Positions 12,891 through 25,734 of a DNA stretch of 64,000 bases are shown here, piece after piece. The notes below the pieces were generated by a model. That model did not search any database. It saw only the letters and a list, made by a program, of their open reading frames with translations, and was not told where the DNA came from. The position numbers were made by a program, and so were the translations under genes. This stretch comes from Squalus acanthias. Lineage: Eukaryota. Location of the stretch: positions 21,578,001 to 21,642,000 of the forward strand of contig CM059433.1 of assembly GCA_030390025.1 (NCBI GenBank). The letters are read 5' to 3'. Numbering within the stretch: position 1 is the stretch's first letter; every line of letters starts with the position of its first letter.

Positions 12891-13250
12891 TTAGCTCAGT
12901 GCGTAGCACTCTTGCATTGGTCACAAGATTGTGGGCTCAAACCGCACTCCAGAGACTTAAGCACATAATCTAGGCTGACGCTTAAGGGCAGCACTGAGGG
13001 AGTGATCCACTTTTGGAGGTGCTGTCTTTCAGGTGGATGTAAAAGATTTCATGACACTATTTGATGAAGAGCGGGGGAGTTCTCCCAGTGTCCTGTCCAA
13101 CATTTATCTCTCAACCAATGCAAAAAAAACTGATGATCTGGTCCTGTGTTTCATTGCTGTTTGTGGGCCTTTGCTGTGTGCAAGTTGGCTGCCATCTTTC
13201 CTTCAACATTGATTACATTTCAAAAGTACTTCATTGGCTGTAAAGTGGTT
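12891..13250 (+). mobile_element. DeuSINE copy with tRNA-derived head
   Basis: Head ttagctcagtgcgtagcactc..gtgggctcaaacc (A/B-box-like), then ggtgctgtctttc..taaaagatttcatgacactattt (Deu domain). Confidence 0.75.
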
Positions 13251-13489
13251 GGTTTTTTTCTTTCTATGAATGTTCAAATGGGGAAAGAAAAAAATGTTTG
13301 ATTCAACAGTAATCGCCAAGTTTGATAAGACAAGTAAAATTAATGCTAAATGGACTCTGAGGAACCACATGGAAACTGTAAATATGCAAGCCCTTTAAAG
13401 AGAAGGCTGCATCTCAAAGCAGCAGCTGGAGATGGATCAATGATTGTGCTTCCTGAACGCTTACAAGATAAATTCAGCTGAAGGTCCAG

Positions 13490-14068
13490 CAACAGTGATG
13501 TCATCAAGCAGGCTAAGCAGCCAATCACATTGAAGAATTCTCTCAGACCGCAAACCAGGAAGTAAAATGCACTGATTATCCTTCACTTTTTATAGATTTT
13601 GCAAAGAGCGAAATAAAGATTGGGATATACACATGGGATTAATGTAGAAGCTTAAATATCATAAACAAATTTAAAAAAGATAATTCTTATTATATTCAAA
13701 ACCTATGGAATTTTTATCATAATGGAAAAATTTGATATTCCGCAAATGTAAAAATAGTATTTCATGGCCAGAGAGGTTGTTCAGTAGTAGTTATGACTTA
13801 GTACACCATTAAAAACCCAGTTACACCTCATTCAAAAGTCTTACCTTTTTGGGGGGCTTTTAACAGTGATATTACAGCATAAAAGGGGAAGTTCTCATCA
13901 ATTCAGTGATTTCTAAAGATTTCCATCTGCAGGGACTTCAACTGCACGGCATGTGGAGCAGCAGGGAATCACCGACAGCAACTTCTGCATTTCCGCTTTT
14001 TAACTGCGCATGTGCGGATGCCAGAAGTTGCTGTCAGTTTCACTGTCACAACAACCGCAAATCCTGGG
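13490..14068 (-). mobile_element. Harbinger-type element, family B (partial, inverted copy of 16720-17968)
   Basis: End accgcaaatcctggg mirrors ggcctggattttgcggt. The reverse complement of 13495-13640 aligns with 17000-17053 joined directly to 17720-17810, i.e. without the nested MITE. Confidence 0.65.
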
Positions 14069-14238
14069 TTGATAATTTTTATGTTTAAGGAGATGTCCTC
14101 TTTATTCCATACAATCCTTCAACTTCATATTTTTGAATTGAGATTCAGAGAATATAGAGCAATTTATGCAAGGTTCTGCTGTCAATTCAGAACCTGACGT
14201 GATGGGAGCACAGATCAGAGAATCTGGCATGATTCATG

Positions 14239-14827
14239 GTGGGCTAAATTCGGTTGATTTGCACCTCCCGTTAGCGCCCTAAGAGCGCAAATCAACTAGC
14301 GCCTGGGCGCGGCACCACAAACGCCTCCCGCGAAATTCAGCGGGAGGTTTATCGATGGCGCTAACCGTTAGTGCCGCGTGGCGCTGCACCACCTGCGATG
14401 ATGTCATCGCCGTGCGCAGCGCCCCGCTCGCGTCCTGGCTGTAATATTGGGTGGTGCCCCCCGACTTACCGCCGGACACTATGTCCGCCGGGGTCAGGGG
14501 GGCCTGCCTGCGGCCGGGGCGGCGCTAGTTAAAGGGGAGGTGGCGGGCGGCCGTTTTTGTTGCTGGCTGCCTGCCAGCACCTGCGCCCGTTGCTGTCCCC
14601 GGCCCCTGTGAAGCCCCCCCACGGGGTACCGGCTGCTCTCCGTGAGCCCGGCACTCCACTTGAGTGCCGGGCTCGTTTGCCAGCACTCCCGATCCCTGGT
14701 GGCCCAGCTGGGCGCCGGGACACGCTGAGCCAGGCCCCTCCCCTTTAATAAGGGGAGGAAGGCCTGCAGTACCGCGGCGCGATATTGGCTCGCAGCGCCC
14801 CAAGAGGCGCTACCCAATTTGTACCCC
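14239..14827. mobile_element. Harbinger MITE, family A (orientation opposite to 1340 copy)
   Basis: gtgggctaaattcggt ... acccaatttgtacccc with atg flanks; shares ttgcgcctcccgttagcgcc and cgcgaaattcagcgggagg with the 17054 and 20275 copies. Confidence 0.75.
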
Positions 14828-15502
14828 ATGATGTTTATGATTTTACGATGATTAATTACTGGAAAATCGAGAGCTTTGTGAATAAGCCATGCTGAATTTT
14901 GCCCTCCCATCTAACCTTGCAAAACTGGTAGTTTTAATTTGAGTCTTCTATTTTTCAAAAGTTAAAGTGGGCCGATTTTCAACTGCCGGCTGCCCATTTT
15001 CTCACTGGAGAAACAGGTGACCCGTACTTTGAAAATCAGGGAACACCTCAGCAGCCCCTTGGGCGCTCAGGGCCTGCTGAATGCAATTCATAGGCGGGCC
15101 TGTAATTGGGTAAATGCCTGTTTGTTTTGAGTGGGAGATGTTTCAAATATGCAAATTTAGTTTTGCAGGGACCGTCAATTGAACTCATGTGGCCCCATGA
15201 ACATTTAAACCCATCTCCTCTGCCCATCGTAACAATACTGAATAGCAGGAAGGCACAGGCAGGCATTCCTGGTGTTCAGCATTGCTGGGGGCAAATATTA
15301 TTGAATACCAATGACATATTCCCATCATTTGCACGTTCTTTTGAATATGCCCACCCATATTTGGGCGTATGTATTCCGCGTCCGATCACACAGCAAAAAA
15401 TCCTGGAAGTGGCAGGGGAGAGCGGAAAGGAATGATTTTCTGCTGTGGTCTGCTGGATTTAAGCCAGGAAGCTTGCGAAACTCTGTGCAAAATCCTGCCC
15501 TT

Positions 15503-15740
15503 CTAGAATCATAGAATGATACGGCACAGAAGGAGCCCATTGCGGTTCATCGCGCCTGTGCCGGCTATTTGAAAGAGCTATCCAATAAGTCTCACTCCCC
15601 TGCTCTTTCCCCATAGTTGCGTTATATTTTTCCCCTTCAAGTATTTATTCAATTCCCTTTTGAAAGTTATTACTGAATCTGCTTCCACCACCATTTCAGG
15701 CAGTGCTGTCCAAATCATGACAACTCGCTGTGTGAACAAA
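15503..15740 (-). mobile_element. CR1 3' end fragment
   Basis: tagaatcatagaatg tail; the following sequence is the reverse complement of 5990-6210. Confidence 0.8.
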
Positions 15741-16719
15741 TTCTATTTTCCTAATTGGTTGACCAGGTTGCTGGTGGAGGATCCTCAAGTGCTTTTATAG
15801 GACTAAAAGGTCCTATAAAAATTTTTTTCCAGCAGGCTGTCAAGATTAAATGTAACTATCTGTTCACCTATTCAAGTATCTTATTTATGTGTTGATGTAG
15901 AGAATGATCTATTAACTTCTTCCTTCAAAAATGTATTCTGTCCTGAACCTGAAAGATCACCCTCTAGATATCTGAAAATGTCTTCACCAGCTTTAAACTG
16001 TGAAAGGAAACAATGTAATAAAAAAGACAACCTGATGCCCAATTTTAAATACCATTATTTAGTACGCGGTAGTGAACAAAAATTGAAAATCCAGCCAGCC
16101 AAATTTGGCTTCTTCAGGTTTATTTATGAAGACCCGGCTTTGGCCATTCTGATTCAGATCACTTTATTCAGACATGAGTTTGTCATCGTGACTGGAGAGC
16201 AGTTTGGCATCTGTAGCTATAACAAAACAACATCATCGCAATCTGCCTCATGGTGTGGGTGGAAGGAGGCTGCTTCTCAACATTCAGTTCTCTGGTTGAA
16301 GGAGGGGTTGTATGACTCCCGGCAAACTATACATTTACTGCCTTTTTTAAAGTTGTTTGCGAAAATCACTATTGTTAAAATTGTTACTCCTATTATTCTT
16401 CCAGTTGGTACGCGTCTAGGATTTTTGGAAATCTGACAGAGTGGATAGTTGTGCATCTCATCTCTGGCCTTGTGTGTGAGACCAGGAGGGGAGAGATCTC
16501 CGCAATTATGCTGGGATCTGAGGAGGGTGTAGAAGTACTTTTGTTTTGGTGGTTGGGCTCTAGAAAAGCAGCACTCAAGTGGAGACCCATGGCTTCTAAG
16601 TGCCATTCTGACTGCTGTTTCAGCCTAGATTGCGTGAGCAAGTCCTGTGGTGGGGCTTAAATTTTCAACCTAATGACTTAGAGGAGAGAGTGCTACCAAC
16701 TGAGCAAAACAAACACAAT

Positions 16720-17968
16720 GGCCTGGATTTTGCGGTGGGTATGACGGCGTACTCTGAGAGCACGCTGTCATACTGCCTTTGAAATACACCGCAAGTTCGG
16801 GATTTCCGCATGCGTTTACGCATGGGCTATATCCCGAACTTGTGATCTCTCAAGGTACGCCTTGACAGATGAACTGCACCGCCTTGGAAATCACAATTTT
16901 AATCTGGAAAATTAATATTGAATATATGGCTGGGAAAATTTTTAAGAAAAATAAATAATTTTAAAAAAATTGTCCATCTTTATTTTAGGTTTGCCTTTTC
17001 CCCATGTGAGAGCCCCATACTTTGTTTTGCTCTCTAACATTTTTAAAAAGTTAGGGGGAAAAATTGGGTTGGTTTGCGCCTCTCGTTAGCGCCCCCGGGG
17101 GGTGCTAATGGGGCGCAAATCCCCAGCGCCTGGGCATGGCGCCGCTAACGCCTCCCGCGAAATTCAGCAGGAGGTTAGCAGCGGCAGTAGCTGGTAGCGC
17201 CCCGCAGTGCTGCACCACCGGCGATGACATCATCGCTGTGCGTAGCGCCCCGCTTGCGGCCTGGCCGCAAACATCCCTTGCGCCCCCTGACCTATCACCG
17301 GACGATATTTCTGACAGGACCAGGGGGGCATTTTTGCAGCGGCGGCGGCGCTAGTAAAAGGGGCAGGTGTCGGGCAGCCATTTTTATTTTGGCCGACTGC
17401 CAGCACCTGCTCCCTTTCCCTTTTTTATGTGGGGTGCCGGCTGCGATCGCTCAGCCCGGCACTCCTTGAGTGCTGGACTGCTTTCACAGCACCCCCGCTC
17501 CCCGGTGGTCCAGCAGGGCCCCGGTGTGCGCAGCGCTAGGCCCCTCCCCTTTAATCAGGGTAGGAGGCCTGCAACGTCATAGCGCCACAAACGTCACCTC
17601 CTGCTTGGGGCGCTACTACTGAATTTACTGCGGAGGGGGCGCTAACATTTTTGGGGCGCTAAAATTAATGCCCCAGCGACGTAGGCGCCCCAAAATGGGC
17701 GCCACCCAATTTTTCCCCCTGAGAATTTTAAGAGCTCACTCACTTCCTTGTTCGCTGTCTGTGAGAATTCTGCATTTTGATTGGCTGCTCAGACAGCCTG
17801 TTGACGTCACAGCAGCTCGCACTGGGGGATCCCCACTATGCTTTTTTGATTTGAGTTGAATGTCCGAAGTTCTCGACTCCGGGATCGCGAGATCGTTGTG
17901 CGAAGCTTACTTCGGGGTCAGCAGCGAATGAATGCCTTAGCTTTGGCACTGACTGGAAATTCCAGGCC
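16720..17968 (+). mobile_element. Harbinger-type element, family B, hosting a nested family A MITE
   Basis: TIRs ggcctggatttt / aaattccaggcc, flanks aat/att. Confidence 0.7.
17054..17719. mobile_element. Harbinger MITE, family A, nested
   Basis: TIRs gggggaaaaattgggt / acccaatttttccccc; flanks tta/tga. Confidence 0.85.
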
Positions 17969-18879
17969 ATTAGCTTTACTATTAATGGAGCTTTTTTATC
18001 TTAACCGGTTCCTTAACTCACACGTCTGGGAGTATCATTTAAACATTGTGAACAGAGCAGTTTTCCCTCAACCACATCACCAAAATAGATTAACTGGTTA
18101 TTTACTTCCTTGCTCTTCTTGGGGCATGCATGTGCACAAATTGGCTGTCCTGTTTGCCTGTATGAACAGTTGTAACTTCACTTCAAAAGTAATGATTTGG
18201 CTGCAAAGTACTTTGGGATGTCCTAAGGATGTGGAAGGTGTTATAGAAAGGCAGGAGTAGAATTTCTGCTTTGGCGTAATCGGGAAATTGGCCCAAAAAG
18301 CGCTTGAAATTGCGTTGGTTAGGTTACAGTTCAAGTTTCCGCTTAAATTAATTTGCATAATCACAAACGTAAAATCCTTCATGGACCAGTGCAACGTAAT
18401 GGAACGCAATTGTTTATTTTTTTCTTTCCATTAAAAGGTATTCCTTGATGTATTTAAGAGTGGTAGCCTGGTGCAGTTTAATTAATAATGGGTTTATCAC
18501 CAAAAATAAGCATTTTTCATAAGGGTGTCCAGCAATGTTGCCTCTAATTTGTTTTGGCCCATGCGGGTAAGGTAAATGAGAAAAAAAACTAATCCCAATG
18601 ATTGGTGGGTTGGTAACCAGAGGACATAAATTTAAGATCGCCACCAAAACAATGACAGGAGAGCTTAGGAGACTTTATTTTGCTATTCAGAGGGTTGTTA
18701 GCATATGGGATGCCCTATCAGCAACAACAGTGGAAATGGTATCCAATAATAGCTTTAAGAAGAGAAATGGATAAATATTTGAAGGTGCAGTGGATGGGAC
18801 TTAGTAGGTAGCTATTTTACAGAACCTTTCTAGTCACGATGAGCCAAAAGGTCTCCTCCTGTACTGGAAGATACTATGA

Positions 18880-19380
18880 TATACTCTCCACTTGCCTGGA
18901 TGAGTGCAGCTCCACCAACACTCAAGAAGCTTACACCATCCAGGACAAAGCAGCCCACTTGATTGGCACCCCGTCCACCACCTTAAACATTCACTCCCTC
19001 CACCGCCAGCATACCGTGGCTGCAGTGTGTACCATCTACAAGATGCACTGCAGCAACTCACCAAAACTTCTTCGGCAGCACCTCCCAAACTCGCGACCCC
19101 TACCACCTAGAAGGACAAGGGCAGCAGGTGCATGGGAACACCACCACCACCAAGTTCCCCTCCAAGTCACACACCATCCTGACTTGGAAATATATCGCCG
19201 TTCCTTCATCGTCGCTGGGTCAAAATTCTGGAACTACCGACCTAACAACACTCTGGGAGTACCTTCACCACAAGGACTGCAGCGGTTCAAGAAGGCAGCT
19301 CACCAACTTCTCAAGGGCAATTAGGAATGGGCAATAAATGCCAGCTACGCCCACATCCTGTGAATGAATAAATAAAAAAA
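18880..19380 (+). mobile_element. Non-LTR retrotransposon 3' end (post-RT region; clade not determined)
   Basis: TIQDKAAHLIGTPSTTLNIHSLH..TVAAVCTIYKMHC..SFIVAGSKFWN..QRFKKAAHQLL, followed by gggcaattagg..gcaataaatgc..cccacatcctgtgaatgaataaataaaaaa tail. Confidence 0.75.
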
Positions 19381-20274
19381 TTAAAATATGAACAACAGTG
19401 CATTTAAGGTATTTTCTTTTCCAATCAGAGAAAAGTATGAGGGCTGATTCCCTAGTTGGTAACGCTCGAGCGCTGGTTGGGAAATCGCAGACCGAAATCA
19501 CGTGATTTTTTAGTCCTTTTAAATTATTGAATGGAAAATCAAGGATTGTGGGCTTGTGAATTTCTGACCAGTGTTCCTTGCAAGTGATGGAGTGTCTGAT
19601 CAGGAATATACCCCGTAAGCTTTTGTTTTCACTGCATCTGCTTTTACTTACAGTACCTCAATGGTTATAAGATTATTAATTGTAAATGGGCTGATGTTTT
19701 AAATAATAAAATACAGGCAGCAGTATGGAACTTTGGTTGTGCAAATGTTTGGGATTTTGGATGTATATTTGGAAACAACTGAGTTGATTAATGTTCCCAA
19801 CCTTCTTCAAATATATATGTTACAGACACTAACAAGCACATTATTGCTATTCCATCACATCACACAGACATTTATTACTTAATGTGGTCACATTTTGAAT
19901 CATTTTTCTCCTGGACTCAGGTAAATATGAATTATTTTTGTAATTCCCTGATTTAATATTGTTTAGATTTTTTTTTGTGTGAGCCTCCTGTCATGGAGGC
20001 TCATTGCTCATCTCATCCTGCGTACGGAGGTGGGCTTGATCTTGTTACATGAGAGTGGAAAAACAAATTGCCGGAATTACGTGACAGTTTCTGGGGAAGT
20101 GGGTGTTAGCGGGTTGGATGATGCGATTAAAATTTGACGGCTTCGCAGCAAGTACTCTTGAAAGTTGGAGTCATTTATTTGCTTTGACATGGATTTTGCC
20201 GACTTCTTGAAGGGGGGGAAAAAAAAGGGTCCGGTGACTCAAGCTGCCCACAACTTTTTTTGGTGAGAAAGTAT

Positions 20275-20961
20275 GGGGGGAAAATTTGGTTGCTTTGCGC
20301 CTCCCGTTAGCGCCCGGACGCGGCGCCACCAACGCCTCATGCGAAATTCAGCGGGAGGTTAGCGGCGGCAGTAACCGTTAGCGCCCCGTAGCGCTGCGCC
20401 GCCAGCGATGACGTCATTGCCGTGCGCAGCGCCCCACTCGCGCCCCGGCCGCGATCTTCGGTAGAGTCCGACGCTATGTCCGACGGGGTCAGGGGGGCCT
20501 ACCTGCGGCCAGGGCGGCGCTATTTAAAGGCGAGGTGCCGGGCGCCCATTTTTGTTGCTGGCTGCCTGCCAGCACCTGCCTCAGCTGCCATCCCCGGCCT
20601 CCTGACCTGCCACCCTGAGTGCCGGCTGCGCTCCATGAGCCCGGCACTTCTCTTGAATGCCGGGCTCTTTTGCCGGCACTCCGATCTCCGGTGGCCCAGC
20701 TGGGACCCGGGTCACACTGCGCAAGGCCCCTCCCCTTTAAGAAGGGGAGGAAGGCCTGCAATACCACGGCAAGTAGCACCGCGATATTCCCTTGCAGCAC
20801 CCCAAGAGGGAGACGGGGCACTTCTAGTAGCGCCCCGCATCCCTCTTGGGGCGCTACCACTCAATTTCAGCCGCGGGGGCGCTAATTTTTCCGAGGCGCT
20901 AAAAGTAGCGTCCCGGCGAAGTTAGCGCCCCAAAGGGGGCGCGACTCAATTTTTGCCCCTC
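20275..20961. mobile_element. Harbinger MITE, family A
   Basis: tat|ggggggaaaatttggt ... actcaatttttgcccctc|tat; body closely similar to the 14239 and 17054 copies. Confidence 0.85.
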
Positions 20962-21189
20962 TATGCTTTAATCTCTGCGTCTACTAACACCAGGCCATCA
21001 CTTTTATCCTTTACAGGAAGGGGGCAGTTGGCTGTAACTTGTGCAACAGTGTTCAGCACCAACTCCAGTTTTAAATGAGCCCAGCTTCACACCCCTGCGG
21101 TACAGCCTGTCACACAGCTCCCCTCTCCTGGCTGGCTGGCTCCCCACTCTGCCCTGTTTTCATTAGAACATGGAAGATTGGAACTTGGA

Positions 21190-21710
21190 CTCGAGGGGAA
21201 TCAAGGGATATGGGGATCGGGCGGGAAAGTGGAGTTGAGGTCGAAGATGAGCCATGATCTTATTGAATGGCGGAGCAGGTTTGAGGGGCCGTATGGCCTA
21301 CTCCTGCTCCTAATTATTATGTTTTTATGTTCTTAAGATTACAAGGTTATTTGACAAAGCTTTTTCAAATTATGTAGGAATGGGACTGAGTAGACAGAAA
21401 CAGACTGTTTCCAGTGGTGGAGGGGACGTAGATAAAGGATTAAATGCAAGTGGTTTAGGGCAAAGATCAGAAGAAACTTTTTCACACAGACGGTTGTGAG
21501 ACTGCGAATGCATACTGGAGTTAGTGATTGAGGAAGGGACGGTGTTAACTTTTCAGAATAGATTAGATAAGTTGGTTGAAAGAAAGAAAAATAAAGGGAT
21601 GGGAACAGAGGGGCACATGGCATTAGAACTACTACTGGCATGAGGGATAAATACCAACGTGGACTGGTTGGGCAAAACAGCCTGTTTCTGTGTTGTAATT
21701 TCTACGCCAT
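21190..21710 (+). mobile_element. Two adjacent CR1 3' end fragments
   Basis: ggggaatcaagggatatgggg..ggcctactcctgctcctaattattatgtttttatgttctta tail, then an older copy (agaaactttttcacacagacggttgtgag). Confidence 0.7.
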
Positions 21711-21982
21711 TTTTAAATTACTGTTCCTAGCATTGCCACATCTTGGATTTAAATCCAATCATTTGTAGGTTACAAAATGTGGAAGCCAACCTGAAGAATC
21801 AGTGGCTGAGAAACACAGGAGAGCACACCTTGGGATGCAGAAAGGCTGGGGCCAGGGATGGAGTGGGATGGGGCCAGAAGCAGGGCACAGCAGAATGGGA
21901 TGAAGTGGGGTTACAGAGCAGAGCAGGCCTATGGTAAACCTGTAAGATTAGTGATGAGGTTGTGTTAATAATCCTAGTTTTG

Positions 21983-22705
21983 AACATACAAACATACGAA
22001 TTAGGAGCAGGAGTAGGCCACTCGGCCCCTCGAGCCTGCTTCGCCATTCAATAAGATCATGGCTGATCTGATTACTCCACATTCCCGCCTACCTACCGAG
22101 ATGAGGAAGAATTTCTTCAATCAGAGGGTTGTGAATCTTTGGAATTCTCTGCCCCAGAGGGCTGTGAATGCTGAGTCTTTGAGTATATTCAAGGCTGAGA
22201 TAGATAGATTTTTGGACTCTAGGGGAATCAAGGGATATGGAGATCGGGCGGGAAAGTGGAATTGAGGTCAATGATCAGCCATGATCTTATTGAATGACGG
22301 AGCAGGCTCGAGGGGCCATATGGCCTACTCCTGCTCCTATTTCTTATGTTCTTATACCCCCGATAACCTTTCACCCCCTTGCTTATCAAGAATCTATCTA
22401 CCTCTGCCTCAAAAATATTCAAAGACTCTGCTTCCACCGCCCTCTGAGGAAGAGAGTTCCAAAGACTCACGACCCTCTGTGAGAAAAAATTTCTCCTCAT
22501 CTCTGTCTTAAATGGGCGACCCCTTATTTTTAAACAGTGACCCCTAGTTCTAGATTCTCCCACAAGAGGAAACATCCTCTCCACATCCACCCTGTCAAGA
22601 CCCCTCAGGATCTTATATGTTTCAATCAAGTCACCTCTTACTCTTCTAAACTCCAGCGGATACAAGCCTAGCCTGTCCAACCTTTCCTCATAAGACAACC
22701 TCATA
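21983..22705. mobile_element. CR1 (+, ~22094-22354) inserted head-to-head in a minus-strand CR1 3' end
   Basis: Minus tail at 21983-22093, plus-strand copy ending ttcttatgttctta, then the minus copy resumes (ORF RLSYEERLDRLGLYPLEFRRVRGDLIETYK). tacc is duplicated at both junctions. Confidence 0.85.
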
Positions 22706-23587
22706 AGTGTTTTATATTTCAGACAAGACAGTCTGAGACATTAAAGGTGCACATTGTATAATTGGAGCACTCAGGAAATGTGTTAATAGCCTGGATAATC
22801 CAGTTTGTTAGTTAATGCTTTTAATATATTAATCATGACTGACATTTAACTAGATACACTTTTCAAAATGCGCAAAATTTCATATTCCAATAAAAATAGA
22901 TGAAATCAAACAGGACTCTTTCATGTAATTAATATAACCTTTTAGGGGATATAATTGGAGTCAGTTGTTTTGAGTGTGTTTTATTTCCTTCGCCTGCTAT
23001 ATACCAATTTCTACAAGCGCTTGACTGGTTTTCAGCAGGCCAAAGGCATCAATCCATCAGCAAAAGCATTAAAAGAAAAGCCGGTATCACTGTAGTATAT
23101 ATCATCACGCTCTAACACCATTCAGGTACTGTATGTTCTCAATTCGGAATTCCAGAACGACATGGGATTCACTGCTATCTAATACATGGATGTTTTCTGC
23201 TCTAACTTCAAGGCTCAGTGTAAAGTTAAGCATAGAGCCAAACTAGTTTAATCAGCATAACAGTGTGTGCAAGCAAAGAGATATAACTGATTTTCTGCAC
23301 TCAGATGTTTTACCTGTAACCACACTGAGACAGCTGGAAAACCAAGGTGGTGTGAGAATGATCCTCCTGTGATGGATTCGCACCAGTTGCCTTAATGTGA
23401 TTCCGGTGGTTTCACACCCACATCACAGTGCACAGCATGCAAAACCAAAACCACTGCAATAAAATTGGCATGTGAAATTTATCTTGAAATAAAATCATAT
23501 TACAAAACAATGCTCATTCACTGGTATTATTTCAGAGGTAGTAACCAAATGAAAACAAGTTAATTCTGAGTTGGACTCAAAAGTAAT

Positions 23588-24350
23588 GGGCCAAAAATTC
23601 GGCCCTTCCTGGGTGAGTACGCACTGTGTACTCACCCGTAAGGCGTCCCGAAGTGCCGGTTTTCTGCATGCACTGCGCATGCGCGGGAAACCGGAACTTC
23701 CGGTCTGGTGAAAGGGGCAATTCCTAGATGAACCGCGTGCGCGGAAGAGGCTGCGCGCACGCAGCAAACTTAGGTTTTTTTTCAGGTTTCTACGGGAGGG
23801 TAAGTATTGAAGAATCTGCACATTTAAAAAGGAGGCGCAGGACCCGTTTTCAACAAGGTAAGTGGTTAATTAAGTATAATTTAAAAAAAATTTCAACAGG
23901 TTTATCTTTTTTAGATACTTTAAAGAAAGGTAAGTTTATTTTTAGCACTGTTAAAAAGTATTTTAATTTTTTCAAAAATTTTAATTTTTGTTTAAAGTGG
24001 TTAATTTATTTAACTATAGTTATTTCATAAATGTGATGGTTTAAAAAAAAAAATATTTTAAGTTTAGCTGTTCTTTTGGGCCGATTTCAATTCACAGATT
24101 TGACAGGTCTCCTGTCAAATCTATGAATGAAAGATGGTCTGCTGCCATTGGCTCTCCATGGCCCACGTGATCTCAGGGGACGCATCGCACTAACTGCGCC
24201 CCTGGGACATGCAAGCACTGCACGCCGGCACTTGGAGCAGGCCCAGGAGCTGAAGTTCCCGTGGGCCCAAAACACAACGGCAGGCGCGGTAGGTAAGTGC
24301 GCGCGCGATCCTTACCCCCGCGGCAAGCCGGAGAGGCGAATTTCAGGGCC
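23588..24350 (+). mobile_element. Harbinger-type MITE, family E
   Basis: gggccaaaaattcg ... cgaatttcagggcc, flanks aat/att; inverted homolog at 61865-62598. Confidence 0.8.
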
Positions 24351-24377
24351 ATTAAGTACCTATAACTTAATGTTTGA

Positions 24378-24710
<333 letters not shown>

Positions 24711-25734
24711 TAACTTGAGAACAAGTCCCTTCATAATTTGAAGCCTTCTCATCATTTAACGTAATTGGTCCTCAAGCTTCTTGCTATTGAAACAATAACA
24801 TTGAACAGACATTTGAAAACAGAATATGGGTAGAAAGAAAAGTAAAAATGAAAAGCAATGAAAACCAGAGAGAGCAAATTTATTACTGGGTTATCTAAAG
24901 AATTGAGAAGGAGTATGAACGGCAGTATCTAGTTTTTGAAAATAATGTTTAAAGTTCAGTTGCTAATGTTTCTTTGGTGAATTAATACAATTTCCAAGGC
25001 CTGAGAATTTAAGGCTAAGTTTATAATAGTTAAAAGGAGCTAGGAACTGCGCCTTTTTGTAAATGTTCATTATTTCTCTTAATACATTATTAATTGATAG
25101 TCGGGAAAGAAATTGACTGTATAATGTGAGTCCATTAAATGTGGTATTCTATTCTTTCAGAGGTAATTAGACCCTGGTAACAGTTATTATGCTGAACCAT
25201 GACCTGACTTCAGTCTTGGGATACAAAAAAAATCTTTCCTTTGTTCCTCATCTACTGAAGGCAGTTTATGATTCCAGGCAGCAGCTGTCCTCTGGTATCT
25301 ATCGATAGAAATCATACTTTATATGTGTACTTGGATAGGAAATGGCAGGGAACACTTTCGTTATTGGGGCGGTGGGGGGGTGAATTTGCAGCTGAGCCTC
25401 GCCTGGTTATCACCCTCTGTCTATAAACCCCTGCTTCCAACAGGACCACTGAATAGCTTTCAGAGGCAGGAACCCTGGTCATATTTGTTTCAGGACACTG
25501 CGTCTAACTGTAGACTGTCCCTGCCCCACCCTCAATCACCAACTTGGTGACAAAAATTAAATGTTGCAACTCTTACCAACAGGAAGGAACTTCTTGTAGA
25601 ATCAGTGCAGTAGTGTCCAGGACCATTGTAGATCGGAACGGTTTCATTTGCTTTGCTTAGAATTTTTTAAAATTGGCTTCTCTTAACTTATTTCAAAAAA
25701 GTAAATCTCAATTGCGACAGAGTGTCTCATGAAT

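Noticed and set aside
12891..12955. tRNA gene
   Set aside because: Degenerate tRNA-like head that continues straight into SINE body; no intact cloverleaf.
15978..16436. 152-aa ORF as a nested gene
   Set aside because: No recognisable motif, splice context or coding-like composition.
14279..20925. Ala/Pro/Arg-rich ORFs (e.g. 14494-14910, 20422-20925, also 49012-49575) as genes
   Set aside because: They lie wholly in GC-rich MITEs where stop codons are rare; frames are not conserved between copies.
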